Assembly (NCBI GenBank): GCA_963677495.2
Contig: CAXXOU010000001.1
Span: forward strand, 320,001-384,000
Reading direction: 5' to 3'
Source of the DNA: Candidatus Cloacimonadales bacterium
Lineage (GTDB): Bacteria > Cloacimonadota > Cloacimonadia > Cloacimonadales > JAFGVF01
Length of the DNA stretch: 64,000 nt
The notes beneath the pieces are model-generated. The model did no database searches, was not told the DNA's origin, and saw only the letters and a program-made list of their open reading frames with translations. A program made the translations under genes and the position numbers. Shown here piece by piece: positions 29,493 through 39,026 of this stretch. Each line of letters begins with the position of its first letter. The first letter of the stretch is position 1.

Positions 29493-31571
29493 ATGAAGAA
29501 ATTATTTTTGCTTACAATGCTGGTTATAGCACTTGCTTCTTTGACTGCTATACCTGCAACACCGAATCCAATTAGTTATCGTCAGCCAGATGGTTCTACT
29601 CTCGAGATGAACCTTCGTGGGGATGAGTTTGTTAATTGGGGAGAAACATTAGATGGATATACAATACTTTCAAACCAAGATGGCTACAAAGTATATGCTG
29701 AGTTAGATGAGAACGGCAACATCTACCCAGGTAATGTGCGTGCTAATAACATTGCTGACAGAACTCCTGAAGAGTTAGATTTCCTTGCGCAGCAAGAAAC
29801 ATATTTGAGCTATAGCAATAGTCAGATTGAAAGACTCATCGGTAGATTCCAAGATAACAATCCAAGTCGTATGGGCGGGTTCCCTACTACCGGTACAAAC
29901 AATATGCTTGTAATCTTAGCAAATTTCCCTGATACTTCACCTACATATACTGTTAACAACTTTGATAACTTAATGAACCAGGCAAACTACAGCGGCTCCG
30001 GTTCATTTAAAGATTTCTATTATGAGAACTCATATGGCCAGCTTACTATCAACTCTACTGTTGTAGGTTGGGTAACATTACCCCATAACAAAAGCTATTA
30101 TGGGCCACAAGAACGCTGGGGCGAGTTTGCTCGTGATGCTGTTGTTGCTGCTAATGATGCTGGGATAGACTTCTCGATTTTTGACAACGATGGCGATGGC
30201 ACTGTTGATGGTGTTGCCTTAGTACACCAAGGTTTAGGTCAAGAAATCTCAGGTAATACAAACGATATATGGTCTCATAACTCTTCAATGTATAGCTATA
30301 ATGTACAGTTTGATGGTGTTGATTTTGGGCCATATACTGCACAACCTGAAAAGAACAATTGGACTAGTATGACAACAATGGGTGTTTTCGCTCATGAAGT
30401 TGGTCACAATTTAGGTACACCTGATTTCTATGACACAGATTACCAAGCTGGTGGTAGTTATACAGGTACTGGTGATTGGGATATTATGGCCGGTGGGAGC
30501 TATAATGGTTATCCTAGCGGTTCTGAGCCACCTCATCACAATCCTTGGACTAAGATTTTTTATGGTTGGACTGATGCAACTCTTATAGATGATGAAGGTG
30601 ACTATACTCTTCCTAACGGTACTTATGATCCAACAATCTATAGAATCAATACACGTACTGAGAATGAGTATTTCTTACTTGAGAACCGCCAACAGACCGG
30701 TTTTAACGGTAGTGTACCATATCATGGTATGCTAATTTTCCATGCTGATGGAAACCATATAGATGCTCATCATAATAGTAATGATATAAATGTTGATTCA
30801 CATCAAGGATTCAGAATCCGTCCTGCATGGGGTGGAGTGAATGGTTCCGGTGCTCCTTTCCCCGGAAGCCACAATGAAACTGAATTCGATGATACAACTA
30901 ATCCTAATGCCTTAAGCTGGGCTGGAGAAGAGACTAACAGACCTATTAGCCAAATTTCAGAATCTGGTGGTATTATTAATTTCCATATGGGCTTTGAGTT
31001 CCCTTCTGAAACTCCACAGTGGTTAGAAGCTAATGTTAATGGCTCAGATGTATCTCTCTCCTGGATTCACCCACAAGTTGTTTCTAATGTACTTGGTTAT
31101 TCTGTTTACAGAGATGGTCAGTTCCTTAACATCATTGCAGACATTGCACAAATCACCTATGTAGATGCTAATGTCCCTGATGGAACTTATGAGTATTATG
31201 TGACTTCACTAACTAACACAGGTGAGTCTGATCCTTCTAACACTGTGACTGTTCAAGTTGGTGCAAACCCGAATAGTGATAATGTACAATTAGCTCAGAC
31301 AGCTCTTCTTGGAAACTATCCTAATCCTTTCAACCCTACTACAACTATCTCTTACTTCATTGATAAATCATCTGATGTTGAGTTAGCTGTTTATAATGTG
31401 AAAGGTGAGAAGATTAGAACACTTGTAGCTGATGATGTTCAAACCGGTCAGCACTCAATTGTATGGAATGGTATGAGTGATAGTGGTAAAGTTCAACCTT
31501 CCGGTATCTATTTCTACAAACTGAAAGCAGGTACTTACACAAAATCTAAGAAGATGATTCTTATAAAGTAA
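29493..31571 (+). CDS. M6 family (immune inhibitor A-like) metalloprotease with FN3 and C-terminal FlgD-Ig/T9SS-A-like domain
   Basis: QPDGS...GDEF propeptide, HEVGHNLGTPDFYD (HExxH...D), WDIMAGGSYN, EYFLLENRQ and NYPNPFNP. Confidence 0.9.
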   Translation: MKKLFLLTMLVIALASLTAIPATPNPISYRQPDGSTLEMNLRGDEFVNWGETLDGYTILSNQDGYKVYAELDENGNIYPGNVRANNIADRTPEELDFLAQQETYLSYSNSQIERLIGRFQDNNPSRMGGFPTTGTNNMLVILANFPDTSPTYTVNNFDNLMNQANYSGSGSFKDFYYENSYGQLTINSTVVGWVTLPHNKSYYGPQERWGEFARDAVVAANDAGIDFSIFDNDGDGTVDGVALVHQGLGQEISGNTNDIWSHNSSMYSYNVQFDGVDFGPYTAQPEKNNWTSMTTMGVFAHEVGHNLGTPDFYDTDYQAGGSYTGTGDWDIMAGGSYNGYPSGSEPPHHNPWTKIFYGWTDATLIDDEGDYTLPNGTYDPTIYRINTRTENEYFLLENRQQTGFNGSVPYHGMLIFHADGNHIDAHHNSNDINVDSHQGFRIRPAWGGVNGSGAPFPGSHNETEFDDTTNPNALSWAGEETNRPISQISESGGIINFHMGFEFPSETPQWLEANVNGSDVSLSWIHPQVVSNVLGYSVYRDGQFLNIIADIAQITYVDANVPDGTYEYYVTSLTNTGESDPSNTVTVQVGANPNSDNVQLAQTALLGNYPNPFNPTTTISYFIDKSSDVELAVYNVKGEKIRTLVADDVQTGQHSIVWNGMSDSGKVQPSGIYFYKLKAGTYTKSKKMILIK

Positions 31572-31592
31572 AAGTAATTTCAATTATAAATC

Positions 31593-31619
31593 AAAGCCCC
31601 CGATTGCGGGGGCTTTTTT
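31593..31619 (+). terminator. Rho-independent terminator
   Basis: AAAGCCCCCG-ATTG-CGGGGGCTTTTTT. Confidence 0.88.
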
Positions 31620-31687
31620 CTATGTAAAGCAACATCGATCCACATAACTTCTTCTGATTCTTCCTAATAATCCAACACTTTTATGCC

Positions 31688-31837
31688 CTCTCATTGCCCT
31701 ATCATAATTCCCGGGACTCTCTCGGGAATCACACGGGAATCTCTCGGGACTCTCTCGGGGCTTTGCCCGAGTAATTCCCAAATAATTCTCTACAGATTCC
31801 CGAATTAATCCCGCGTATTATGATAGAGCAATGAGAG
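31688..31837. repeat. 150-bp inverted-repeat element with 11-bp-periodic internal array
   Basis: Termini CTCTCATTGCCCTATCATAAT / ATTATGATAGAGCAATGAGAG. CGGG at 31712, 31723, 31734, 31745 and 31756; CCC(G/A) at 31766, 31777, 31799 and 31810. Confidence 0.85.
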
Positions 31838-31867
31838 TGAGTTTCGAATACTGTGAACTATTAATAT

Positions 31868-31904
31868 AAAAAAACTCCCCGTTCCATTTTGGACTGGGGA
31901 GTTT
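31868..31904 (-). terminator. Rho-independent terminator of the TraB/GumN operon
   Basis: AAACTCCCC...GGGGAGTTT stem preceded on + by an A-run (a T-tract on the minus strand). Confidence 0.75.
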
Positions 31905-31923
31905 GTCATTCTTCTATTACTTA

Positions 31924-32850
31924 CTACTTCTGAATTGTAGTATACCCTAAATCTCTTAAACGTTTTAGCTGACCATCATCACCGATGAGATGACCTGCAC
32001 CAATAACAACAAAGTAAGTTTTGCCATCTTTACTCTTAAGCATTTCATCAATCTTAACAGCCATCTTTGCATCTCGATCAGGGAATAACCTATTGTAAAA
32101 CTCCATATCCCCTTCACTTTCAGCCTGTTCTTTCATTTTCCCTTTTGTTGATTCATACATAGTTTTTGCATCACCTGAGATCCAAGCTTTTACCATAATA
32201 TCCATCAACTCTTTCGTGTTTGCAAAGTTGTCTAATGTATATTCTAAGTAACCTTCTTGAGATTCATCAGGAATAGTTGTTAACAACTCAAGCTGACCAT
32301 ATGCTGATTCTAACTCAACAATCTCTTTTTCTTTCTCGTTTGCCTTAGCAAGAAGGTGCATATCAATACCAAGTTCAGGTTTCATTCCTGCCTTTTGTAT
32401 TTCGAGCATGCTTAAAGTTAAACTGAGATACCAAGGCTTAAACATATTGAACTGCTCAATAGACATATTAAGTTTATTAAGCTCCTCCCCTAACCTGGCG
32501 TACAACTCAGGAGAGAGTTCACTTTTCAAGGTCTTACCATCTTTGTACATGCTTGATTCCATCACGAGCTTCTGTACTCTGTTTTGATCAATTTTAGTAG
32601 CATCAGCTTCAACCACTAAAACATCTGACTCTTCAAATGCATTAGTAATTACTTCTTTTAGTGGGTAAACACTCTCAGGCATCAAGTGGATAGAACCGAG
32701 AAGGTACAACTTAGACTCTCCCCCTTTGATCTCCCACATGAATGTCTTTTCACCTTTCTCTTCAGGTGCATCTGTCTTAACTGCTTTGTTTCCTGCACAG
32801 CCGGCAAGAACTACGACCAACACTAATAATAATATACGAAATATTTTCAT
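31924..32850 (-). CDS. TraB/GumN family lipoprotein
   Basis: Lipobox LAGC; LYLLGSIHL, GIDMHL, LESAYGQ, R..KM, FVVIGAGHLIG. Confidence 0.9.
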   Translation of the reverse strand: MKIFRILLLVLVVVLAGCAGNKAVKTDAPEEKGEKTFMWEIKGGESKLYLLGSIHLMPESVYPLKEVITNAFEESDVLVVEADATKIDQNRVQKLVMESSMYKDGKTLKSELSPELYARLGEELNKLNMSIEQFNMFKPWYLSLTLSMLEIQKAGMKPELGIDMHLLAKANEKEKEIVELESAYGQLELLTTIPDESQEGYLEYTLDNFANTKELMDIMVKAWISGDAKTMYESTKGKMKEQAESEGDMEFYNRLFPDRDAKMAVKIDEMLKSKDGKTYFVVIGAGHLIGDDGQLKRLRDLGYTTIQK

Positions 32851-32859
32851 TATTTCCTC

Positions 32860-33105
32860 CTATTTACTTGTTATTATACCTGTGAATACTAATATCACTG
32901 AACCCAGTACGAATATTGCGGGAATATATTTACGTTTTGCGAATATAGGCAGATCATTGAGAATAAAGAACATCAATGATGAAGCTATTCCAAAACTCAT
33001 ATATGGTACTGCTCCATTATCTATCCACTTCATTACTGATTTATACAGAATTGCCACTAAACATATCAGCATTATCCACCAAATTGCAGGTACTTTCTTA
33101 TACAT
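32860..33105 (-). CDS. Small membrane protein
   Basis: Three hydrophobic segments; AGGAG RBS; overlaps the upstream gene. Confidence 0.6.
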   Translation of the reverse strand: MYKKVPAIWWIMLICLVAILYKSVMKWIDNGAVPYMSFGIASSLMFFILNDLPIFAKRKYIPAIFVLGSVILVFTGIITSK

Positions 33106-33739
33106 TTGAACTCCTCTTTTGCTCTTTTTCTACTACTATTGCCATCTTGACAAAGCTGATTATTACATATCCGGTTAGGATAATTGCTACTATTGCTGAC
33201 ACAATATAAAGATACTTATGCTCCATGATAACTTCTGAACTGATATGTGGTATCATATATCCAAAAATCATCCCAAAAACTACCATTCCTATAAAAACTG
33301 CAATTGTTGATATTATCTGCCTTTGCTTTTCACTAAACTTACTATCAAGTCCCGCTTCCAGAAACTTGTAACTGATAAAATAGGAAAGATAGCATACCCA
33401 CATAATCAATTCTATTGAGAACTTCGCTGATAAACTTGTCTTGTCGCTAATAATATATAGTAAGATTGAAGACAATCCGGTTATTACCCAACTGAGCTTA
33501 TGTGCTTTAAGCTTGTTTATCTTCTCCAGCTCATCAGTAAACAGTTTCGAGAAGAAAACATAATGCATGATAACCAGCATCACACCTATCACTACAAATA
33601 GTCTAACGATATGCAGAGTAATCTGCATATCCCCTACATTCATATGTTCTAAAACCCTAAGCCCTATCCATATCAACATGAATATGAATGTGAATAGATC
33701 AATCAAACCTTTACTTTTCTCAATTCTATCTATGTTCAC
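33098..33739 (-). CDS. Multi-pass membrane protein
   Basis: About six hydrophobic segments; GTG start after GGAGG, overlapping the HTH gene stop. Confidence 0.7.
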   Translation of the reverse strand: MNIDRIEKSKGLIDLFTFIFMLIWIGLRVLEHMNVGDMQITLHIVRLFVVIGVMLVIMHYVFFSKLFTDELEKINKLKAHKLSWVITGLSSILLYIISDKTSLSAKFSIELIMWVCYLSYFISYKFLEAGLDSKFSEKQRQIISTIAVFIGMVVFGMIFGYMIPHISSEVIMEHKYLYIVSAIVAIILTGYVIISFVKMAIVVEKEQKRSSNV

Positions 33740-33951
33740 TTCTCCTCCTTAAGCTCGAAGACCTCTTCTACTGTTGTCTCAAAGAAACGAGCAATCTTGA
33801 TTGCTAACACAGTAGAGGGAACGAACCTCCCTGTTTCTATCGTATTAATCGTTTTCCGGGTAACCCCTATCTTCTCAGCTAAATCTTTCTGCGAGATATT
33901 GAACTTAGCTCTAAAGACTTTAATGTTATTATCTAACTTCTCTTTATCCAT
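33736..33951 (-). CDS. XRE/Cro-family HTH transcriptional regulator
   Basis: NNIKVFRAKFNISQKDLAEKIGVTRKTINTIETGRFVPSTVLAIKIARFF; ATG at 33951 after GAGGT. Confidence 0.9.
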   Translation of the reverse strand: MDKEKLDNNIKVFRAKFNISQKDLAEKIGVTRKTINTIETGRFVPSTVLAIKIARFFETTVEEVFELKEEK

Positions 33952-34010
33952 TGTTACCTCACTTTCACAAGCTTTCTTGTAACCTTTCATTCTCATTGTG
34001 TCACTCAATA

Positions 34011-34036
34011 GTTACTTTTTGTAACCCATAGGTTAC
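34011..34036. promoter_or_regulatory. Candidate operator for the XRE regulator
   Basis: Overlapping palindromes GTTAC-N5-GTAAC and GTAACC-CATA-GGTTAC upstream of the HTH gene. Confidence 0.55.
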
Positions 34037-34136
34037 TCTTTATCCAATTACTCATATCTTGTCAATAAAAAAGATTTTGACTTAAACTTGTCAGAATGCT
34101 AATTGAGAGCTGAAAGACTAATAAAAGGGGGCAACA

Positions 34137-34493
34137 ATGCTCACAAAAATAAATATATCAGTAACCAATTATGAGATAATGAAAGAGTTTTACTCCAAAG
34201 TCTTTGAGTTAAAGTTTAATGAAGTATCATTGGGTGAGTTTAGTATGGCTACAGTTAAAATGGATTCGATTTCTCTAACACTCGTACCAATAGAGATATC
34301 AGGCGTAAGTGCTGATGTAAACAACATCCAGTTGGGGTTTGAGTTGTCTAATCTTGAAAGCATCCTTAATCTTGTTGAGAAGTATAAAGGCAAAATCAAA
34401 GATCCTCTACAAGTATCAGGAAATAGTAAGTATGCCGGTATCTATGACCCTGATGGCAACACCATTGAACTATTAGAAAAGCCTGCTGAATAG
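34137..34493 (+). CDS. VOC (glyoxalase/bleomycin-resistance) family protein
   Basis: INISV...KEFYSKVF...IYDPDGNTIEL. Confidence 0.85.
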   Translation: MLTKINISVTNYEIMKEFYSKVFELKFNEVSLGEFSMATVKMDSISLTLVPIEISGVSADVNNIQLGFELSNLESILNLVEKYKGKIKDPLQVSGNSKYAGIYDPDGNTIELLEKPAE

Positions 34494-34507
34494 TAGCAGG
34501 CTTTTCT
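34475..34507. terminator. Bidirectional terminator overlapping the VOC stop codon
   Basis: AGAAAAGCCTGCT...AGCAGGCTTTTCT. Confidence 0.75.
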
Positions 34508-34558
34508 ATGCTTTATCATTAGTTCGACGTTCAACGTCGAAGTACAATTAATCTAAGG

Positions 34559-35968
34559 CTATTTCTTCTTCTTCCTCAGCATAAACTCTTTCTTTTGCAG
34601 ATAATCATATCTAAGATTACGTCCCGGTTGGAAGCTAAATGCCATAATTGAGTCATGACCTTCTTTGAGGGAAGCATAATCAGCAAAATCAAGAGTCTTA
34701 ATCACCGCTGCAAAGACTCTTATTGCACCGGAATGATCAGCTAAAACGATTCTATGACCTAGATTCTTCTTAAGTAACTCAACAAAACTGAAAGCGATAC
34801 GCCAGTCAGATTCAAGCAAGGTTTCACCTTCAGGGAAATGGAAGAACCTGTTCTTAAAGTATTTCTTAACCTTCGACTTAAGTTCTTCAGGAGTTCCACC
34901 CCATTCATCTTTATAAATCTCTATTGTCTTTGCGAATATATCTTTCTTGTACTTATGAGTTAAAGCACCATACTTCTGTGAGTTCAGCCCATACACAGGA
35001 TTGAATAGAAGATTAGTATAGCCACCTTCCTGCAGGAAGTATCTGGCAGTTTGCTCAGTGTTCTCTGATTCACTTCCATAGACTAAGATTGGGTTATCTT
35101 TACTCCAAGACCAAAGTGAATAATTCTGTTTCTCTAGACAATCCACAACAACCTTAAAGTCTTTTCCTAGCTCTTTTGCTGTGTTTATACCATCTTCATG
35201 CAGATAATTACCAATTGAACCCGGAATACGCCTGTTATTTTCCCAGCTATCCCAATAACCGGAGCCAACAAAGACAGGATTGTCACCACCGGATTCATGA
35301 TGCGAGCGACCATGACGCACGAGTAGAACCTGAGTCTGATTAATTGGTACATAAGCTTGTGGGAAAAGAGGTATAGCTTTGTCATTAGGCAACCAAACAA
35401 TACCTTCCTGCATGGTGAGACCACTACCATCATCAAGTAAACGACCGTTCTTACGTCGCTTGCCTTTCTCATCTGTAGCCATATCATCAGCAAGTACTAG
35501 TTTAGTTCTATATCGGGTCATACTTGAACCGATATGTGGGATATTTTGAGGGCAGAGCTCGTTATTAAAACGCCTTAAATTAAAAACATGCATCATCAGA
35601 CGTTTGAAACTGTCATTTTTAATTAATCCATTCCAAGCTAGGAAGAAGAGATGAGGATTCCCACCTGAAAAGTAGTTGTTAATAAATTCATATTTTCTCT
35701 TAATATATGAGCTTGGTGTAAAGTTCTTATCCATAGACAGGATAAAGAAGTAGATCCGCTTACCTAAATGCTTAAGGTTGTTTATCATCTCAGGAGTCAC
35801 ACTCTTCTCGTTTAATCCTGTCTTACCATCATATACCATATTGAGGAATCTAATATCATTTGTCACAGACTCAACAGTGTAACAATTATGAAACTCTCTA
35901 TGCTCACGATGAGAAATAGCACTAATAGTGCTCGACTTTGCTTCTTTCTTTTCATTTTCTTTGGTCAT
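34559..35968 (-). CDS. Histidine-phosphatase-superfamily protein with long unrecognised N-terminal region
   Basis: VLLVRHG, FPEGET and VLADHSGAIR (second His) motifs in the C-terminal half; ATG at 35968 after GGAGG. Confidence 0.7.
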   Translation of the reverse strand: MTKENEKKEAKSSTISAISHREHREFHNCYTVESVTNDIRFLNMVYDGKTGLNEKSVTPEMINNLKHLGKRIYFFILSMDKNFTPSSYIKRKYEFINNYFSGGNPHLFFLAWNGLIKNDSFKRLMMHVFNLRRFNNELCPQNIPHIGSSMTRYRTKLVLADDMATDEKGKRRKNGRLLDDGSGLTMQEGIVWLPNDKAIPLFPQAYVPINQTQVLLVRHGRSHHESGGDNPVFVGSGYWDSWENNRRIPGSIGNYLHEDGINTAKELGKDFKVVVDCLEKQNYSLWSWSKDNPILVYGSESENTEQTARYFLQEGGYTNLLFNPVYGLNSQKYGALTHKYKKDIFAKTIEIYKDEWGGTPEELKSKVKKYFKNRFFHFPEGETLLESDWRIAFSFVELLKKNLGHRIVLADHSGAIRVFAAVIKTLDFADYASLKEGHDSIMAFSFQPGRNLRYDYLQKKEFMLRKKKK

Positions 35969-36072
35969 TATAACCTCCAATCTTAAAGTCATTATATAAT
36001 TTACGGGATTGATTCAAGCTGGCAATAAAAAAAGAATAACCTCTTTGTTTTGCACATTGAATAGAATTCAGT

Positions 36073-36144
36073 TTCAACTAAAAGAGGGAGTTCGCCGGAG
36101 TTTCACAAGGGTGAAATGAAAGCGGACTTCCTCTTTTAGTTGAA
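36073..36144 (+). other. Long stem-loop with internal hairpin
   Basis: 23-bp stem whose only two non-Watson-Crick positions are G-U compatible on the + strand; inner hairpin TTTCAC-AAGG-GTGAAA. Confidence 0.6.
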
Positions 36145-36154
36145 TACGAACAGG

Positions 36155-36193
36155 ACTATGGAGTGCACCTTCTATGCAGGTGCATCTTGTCAC
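36155..36193. repeat. 39-bp dispersed hairpin repeat (copy 2)
   Basis: ACTATGGAGTGCACCTTCTATGCAGGTGCATCTTGTCAC; matches 18657-18695. Confidence 0.75.
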
Positions 36194-36247
36194 GAGACTA
36201 AATCTTGCAACTTACCGCTATTCACCCCAATGGGATCGAATATATAC

Positions 36248-37675
36248 CTATTTAATCTTAGTAATCTTCAATGTCCATGCAAAATCACATGGTGGTTTAC
36301 TTATAACCTCTTTGGGGATTATAACTTCGCAACCCTTGCGACCCTTCTTAGTCCATTTTAAAGGTTTATCATATCCCAGAAGATATAGCTCAGCTCCTTT
36401 GGCAGGACGATGAGAGTCAATTGTAACCGTTTCAGGCATAACCTTCTCATCTTCCTCACAGAGATAATAGAAATATGTTGAACCATCCTTTAGCTGAGTC
36501 ATACAAATATTACTCTCTTTATAAGGAGCTAATGGTTTACTATTGTATATACCCTCACTGTTAACATTCATCCATGTAGCCATGCCTTCCAAGCGTTTAT
36601 ATGCATCCGGAGCCCAATCACCATCGGGTGTAGGTCCGATGTTCAGTAAGAGGTTTCCGCCTTTAGCAACAACGTTTACCAGTAGATGTACAAGCTCTTT
36701 AACAGATTTATACTTATGTTCTTTGTTGTAGGACCAACCCGGTGCCATTGGAACACACGCTTCCCATGGAACTAATAAAGCTTCTTCAGGGACTTTATTC
36801 TCGGGAGTCAAATAGTTCTCATACTCACCGGCAACCCAACGGTCAACAATAATCAAATCCTTTTGATGTGATCTTGCCATCTTCGCAAGAGAAGCCATAT
36901 CTATATCCTGATTATAATCTTTAGTAATCGCCCAATCCTTGAACCCATCAGGTGTATTATCTCTTGGTCTCACCCACGCACCGTCGAGCCAAAGAAGGTC
37001 AATCTTACCGTAGTTTGTCATCAGCTCTTCGATCTGCTTATTAGTAAACTTCTTAAAGTTTTCCCACTTCTCAGGATATTTATTAGGGTTGTAATTAACA
37101 TGTCTTGGACCTTTTGGATAAAATGACCACCAGTAATCTTCGCAGTGCCAATCAGGTTTAGAGAAATAGGCACCAATCCAGAAGTCATCCTTTCTGAAAG
37201 TATCAAATATCTCTTTAGTTATATCTGCACGAGGTTGACGTGAAAATGGAGTTTTAGGTGAAGTTATCTTGTAATCGGTTGTCTCGGTATCAAACATACA
37301 GAACCCGTCATGGTGCTTGGTTGTAAATACAACATATTTCATACCTGCATCTTTAGCTGCATCTGCCCATTTCTGTGGATCAAAAAACACCGGATTAAAG
37401 GTTCTTTGAAGATTCTCATAATCTTCCAGATAATCAGGGTAGTTCTCATACCTTGCTAAATCACGCCCAATCCACTCCTCTGAGCAGAGTGTCCATGATT
37501 CCATAACTCCCCATTGTGAGTAAGGTCCCCAATGCATCATTAAACCAAACTTCAGATCCTGAAAATCGGCAATCTTCTCCCTCACACCCTCATCTTTAGG
37601 TTCAAAGTACTCTTTGTTGTAGGCATATGCGAATGTTATCCCAAGTACTAATAGTAGAACTAACAGCTTTTTCAT
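36248..37675 (-). CDS. Alpha-L-fucosidase (GH29)
   Basis: Signal peptide; KFGLMMHWGPYS, TTKHHDGFCMF, LLWLDG nucleophile, GGNLLLNIGP. Confidence 0.92.
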   Translation of the reverse strand: MKKLLVLLLVLGITFAYAYNKEYFEPKDEGVREKIADFQDLKFGLMMHWGPYSQWGVMESWTLCSEEWIGRDLARYENYPDYLEDYENLQRTFNPVFFDPQKWADAAKDAGMKYVVFTTKHHDGFCMFDTETTDYKITSPKTPFSRQPRADITKEIFDTFRKDDFWIGAYFSKPDWHCEDYWWSFYPKGPRHVNYNPNKYPEKWENFKKFTNKQIEELMTNYGKIDLLWLDGAWVRPRDNTPDGFKDWAITKDYNQDIDMASLAKMARSHQKDLIIVDRWVAGEYENYLTPENKVPEEALLVPWEACVPMAPGWSYNKEHKYKSVKELVHLLVNVVAKGGNLLLNIGPTPDGDWAPDAYKRLEGMATWMNVNSEGIYNSKPLAPYKESNICMTQLKDGSTYFYYLCEEDEKVMPETVTIDSHRPAKGAELYLLGYDKPLKWTKKGRKGCEVIIPKEVISKPPCDFAWTLKITKIK

Positions 37676-37802
37676 AATATCCCCTTTGTGATCAATCGAA
37701 TGGAGTAAGATTCCTTATCAAAGCCTGTCAAATTATATTTTGTATCTCCTAAGCGGTTTAGGAAGTATGAGGATCTCTCGGAACCACCTTAAACACAATT
37801 TG

Positions 37803-38463
37803 TCATCCTGAGCGAAGTGAATGCAGTGAAGCGAAATGAACGCAGTCGTAAGGATCTCTCGGAACTTCTTTAGTTACTATCCTGAAAGAAGTATTGACTT
37901 ATCCCATGCCTTGAAAAGGCATTTATTCATCATAAGCCTTGAAAAGGCGCAAGTTCAATAGCCACATGCCTTGGCATGTGGTTCCGAATCATAAAAATTA
38001 TTCAGCCCTAAAGGGGCGTAACATCCCCACACAAATCCAACCCACGCCCCTTCAGGGCTACATCTTAATTTGGGATATATACCCCAAGCGACAAGTCGCA
38101 TGGGGCTATTAAACAGTCGCTCTTTCAGAGCTTATCATCCTGAGCGAAGTGAATGCAGTGAAACGAAATGAACGCAGTCGTGAGGATCTCTCGGAACTTC
38201 TTTAGTTACTATCCGGAAAGAGTATTGACTTATCCCAAGCATTGAAAAGGCATTTATTCATCATAAGCCTTGAAAAGGCGCAAGTTCAATAGCCACATGC
38301 CTTGGCATGTGGTTCAGAATCAAAAATATTATTCAGCCCTAAAGGGGCGTAACATCCCCACACAAATCCAACTCACGCCCCTTCAGGGCTACATCTCCAT
38401 TTGGGATATATACCCCAAGCGACAAGTCGCATGGGGCTATTAAACAGTCGCTCTTTCAGAGCT
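37803..38463. repeat. Tandem duplication of a ~332-bp non-coding unit (TCATCCTGAGCGAAG-type repeat + REPIN-like element)
   Basis: Units start TCATCCTGAGCGAAGTGAATG at 37803 and 38135 and are near-identical. Each contains a ~198-bp REPIN-like element (37935-38132, 38266-38463). Confidence 0.92.
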
Positions 38464-38489
38464 AATTCCCACACAAATCCAACCCACAC

Positions 38490-38641
38490 CTCTATCATTG
38501 CACCATCATAATAAGACAAAATCTTACAACCTTTCCTACCCAAAATCTTACCACTTTCTTATGACCTACCCCCGGGAACCCTCAAGAGACTCCCAAAAAT
38601 CGGACAACTTTCGTTCACTTATTATGATAGTGGAATAAGAG
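38490..38641. repeat. Third, degenerate ~150-bp CATCATAAT/ATTATGATAG inverted-repeat element
   Basis: Termini TCATTGCACCATCATAATAAG / CTTATTATGATAGTGGAATAAGAG; same length as the 18491 and 31688 copies, interior diverged. Confidence 0.7.
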
Positions 38642-38682
38642 TTTAATCTACCCCGGATGATACATAGATCTGGCTGACTTGA

Positions 38683-38765
38683 CCACGGGTTGTCCACGGG
38701 TAAACCGCGGGTTAACCACGGCTCCCGTCGTTTAGGCGTGGTTTACCCGTGGTTCATCCGTGGTT
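38683..38765. repeat. 11-bp-periodic inverted array (CCACGG/CCGTGG core)
   Basis: CCRCGG at 38683, 38694, 38705 and 38716; CCGTGG-like at 38725, 38736, 38747 and 38758. Confidence 0.8.
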
Positions 38766-38793
38766 ATTTGTACGACTTTTGGCAAGGCTAATG

Positions 38794-38940
38794 CCAATTT
38801 GCCCCCATTCAATTCTTGATAGACACTTGATACACACCTGATACTCTCTTAATACTCACTTGATCAAAGCATCAAGTTAGTCACATGTTGTGGATAACTG
38901 AAATATTTTTGAGTATTTGCTATTGAATGGGGGGATATGG
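38794..38940. repeat. ~147-bp element with terminal inverted repeats, 11-bp CTTGAT array and one DnaA box
   Basis: Termini CCAATTTGCCCCCATTCAAT / ATTGAATGGGGGGATATGG. CTTGAT-like at 38815, 38826, 38837, 38848 and 38859; TGTGGATAA at 38889-38897. Confidence 0.7.
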
Positions 38941-39026
38941 AGGAATCTGAAAGTGCAAAGTACCCGGTAAAGAAGACTGATTGTTATGAGTCTGAAAAAG
39001 GATTGCAGTATACTTTAATCCGTTTT

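Noticed and set aside
37803..38463. Possible CRISPR array
   Set aside because: There are only two long near-identical units, no short repeat with unique spacers, and no cas genes.
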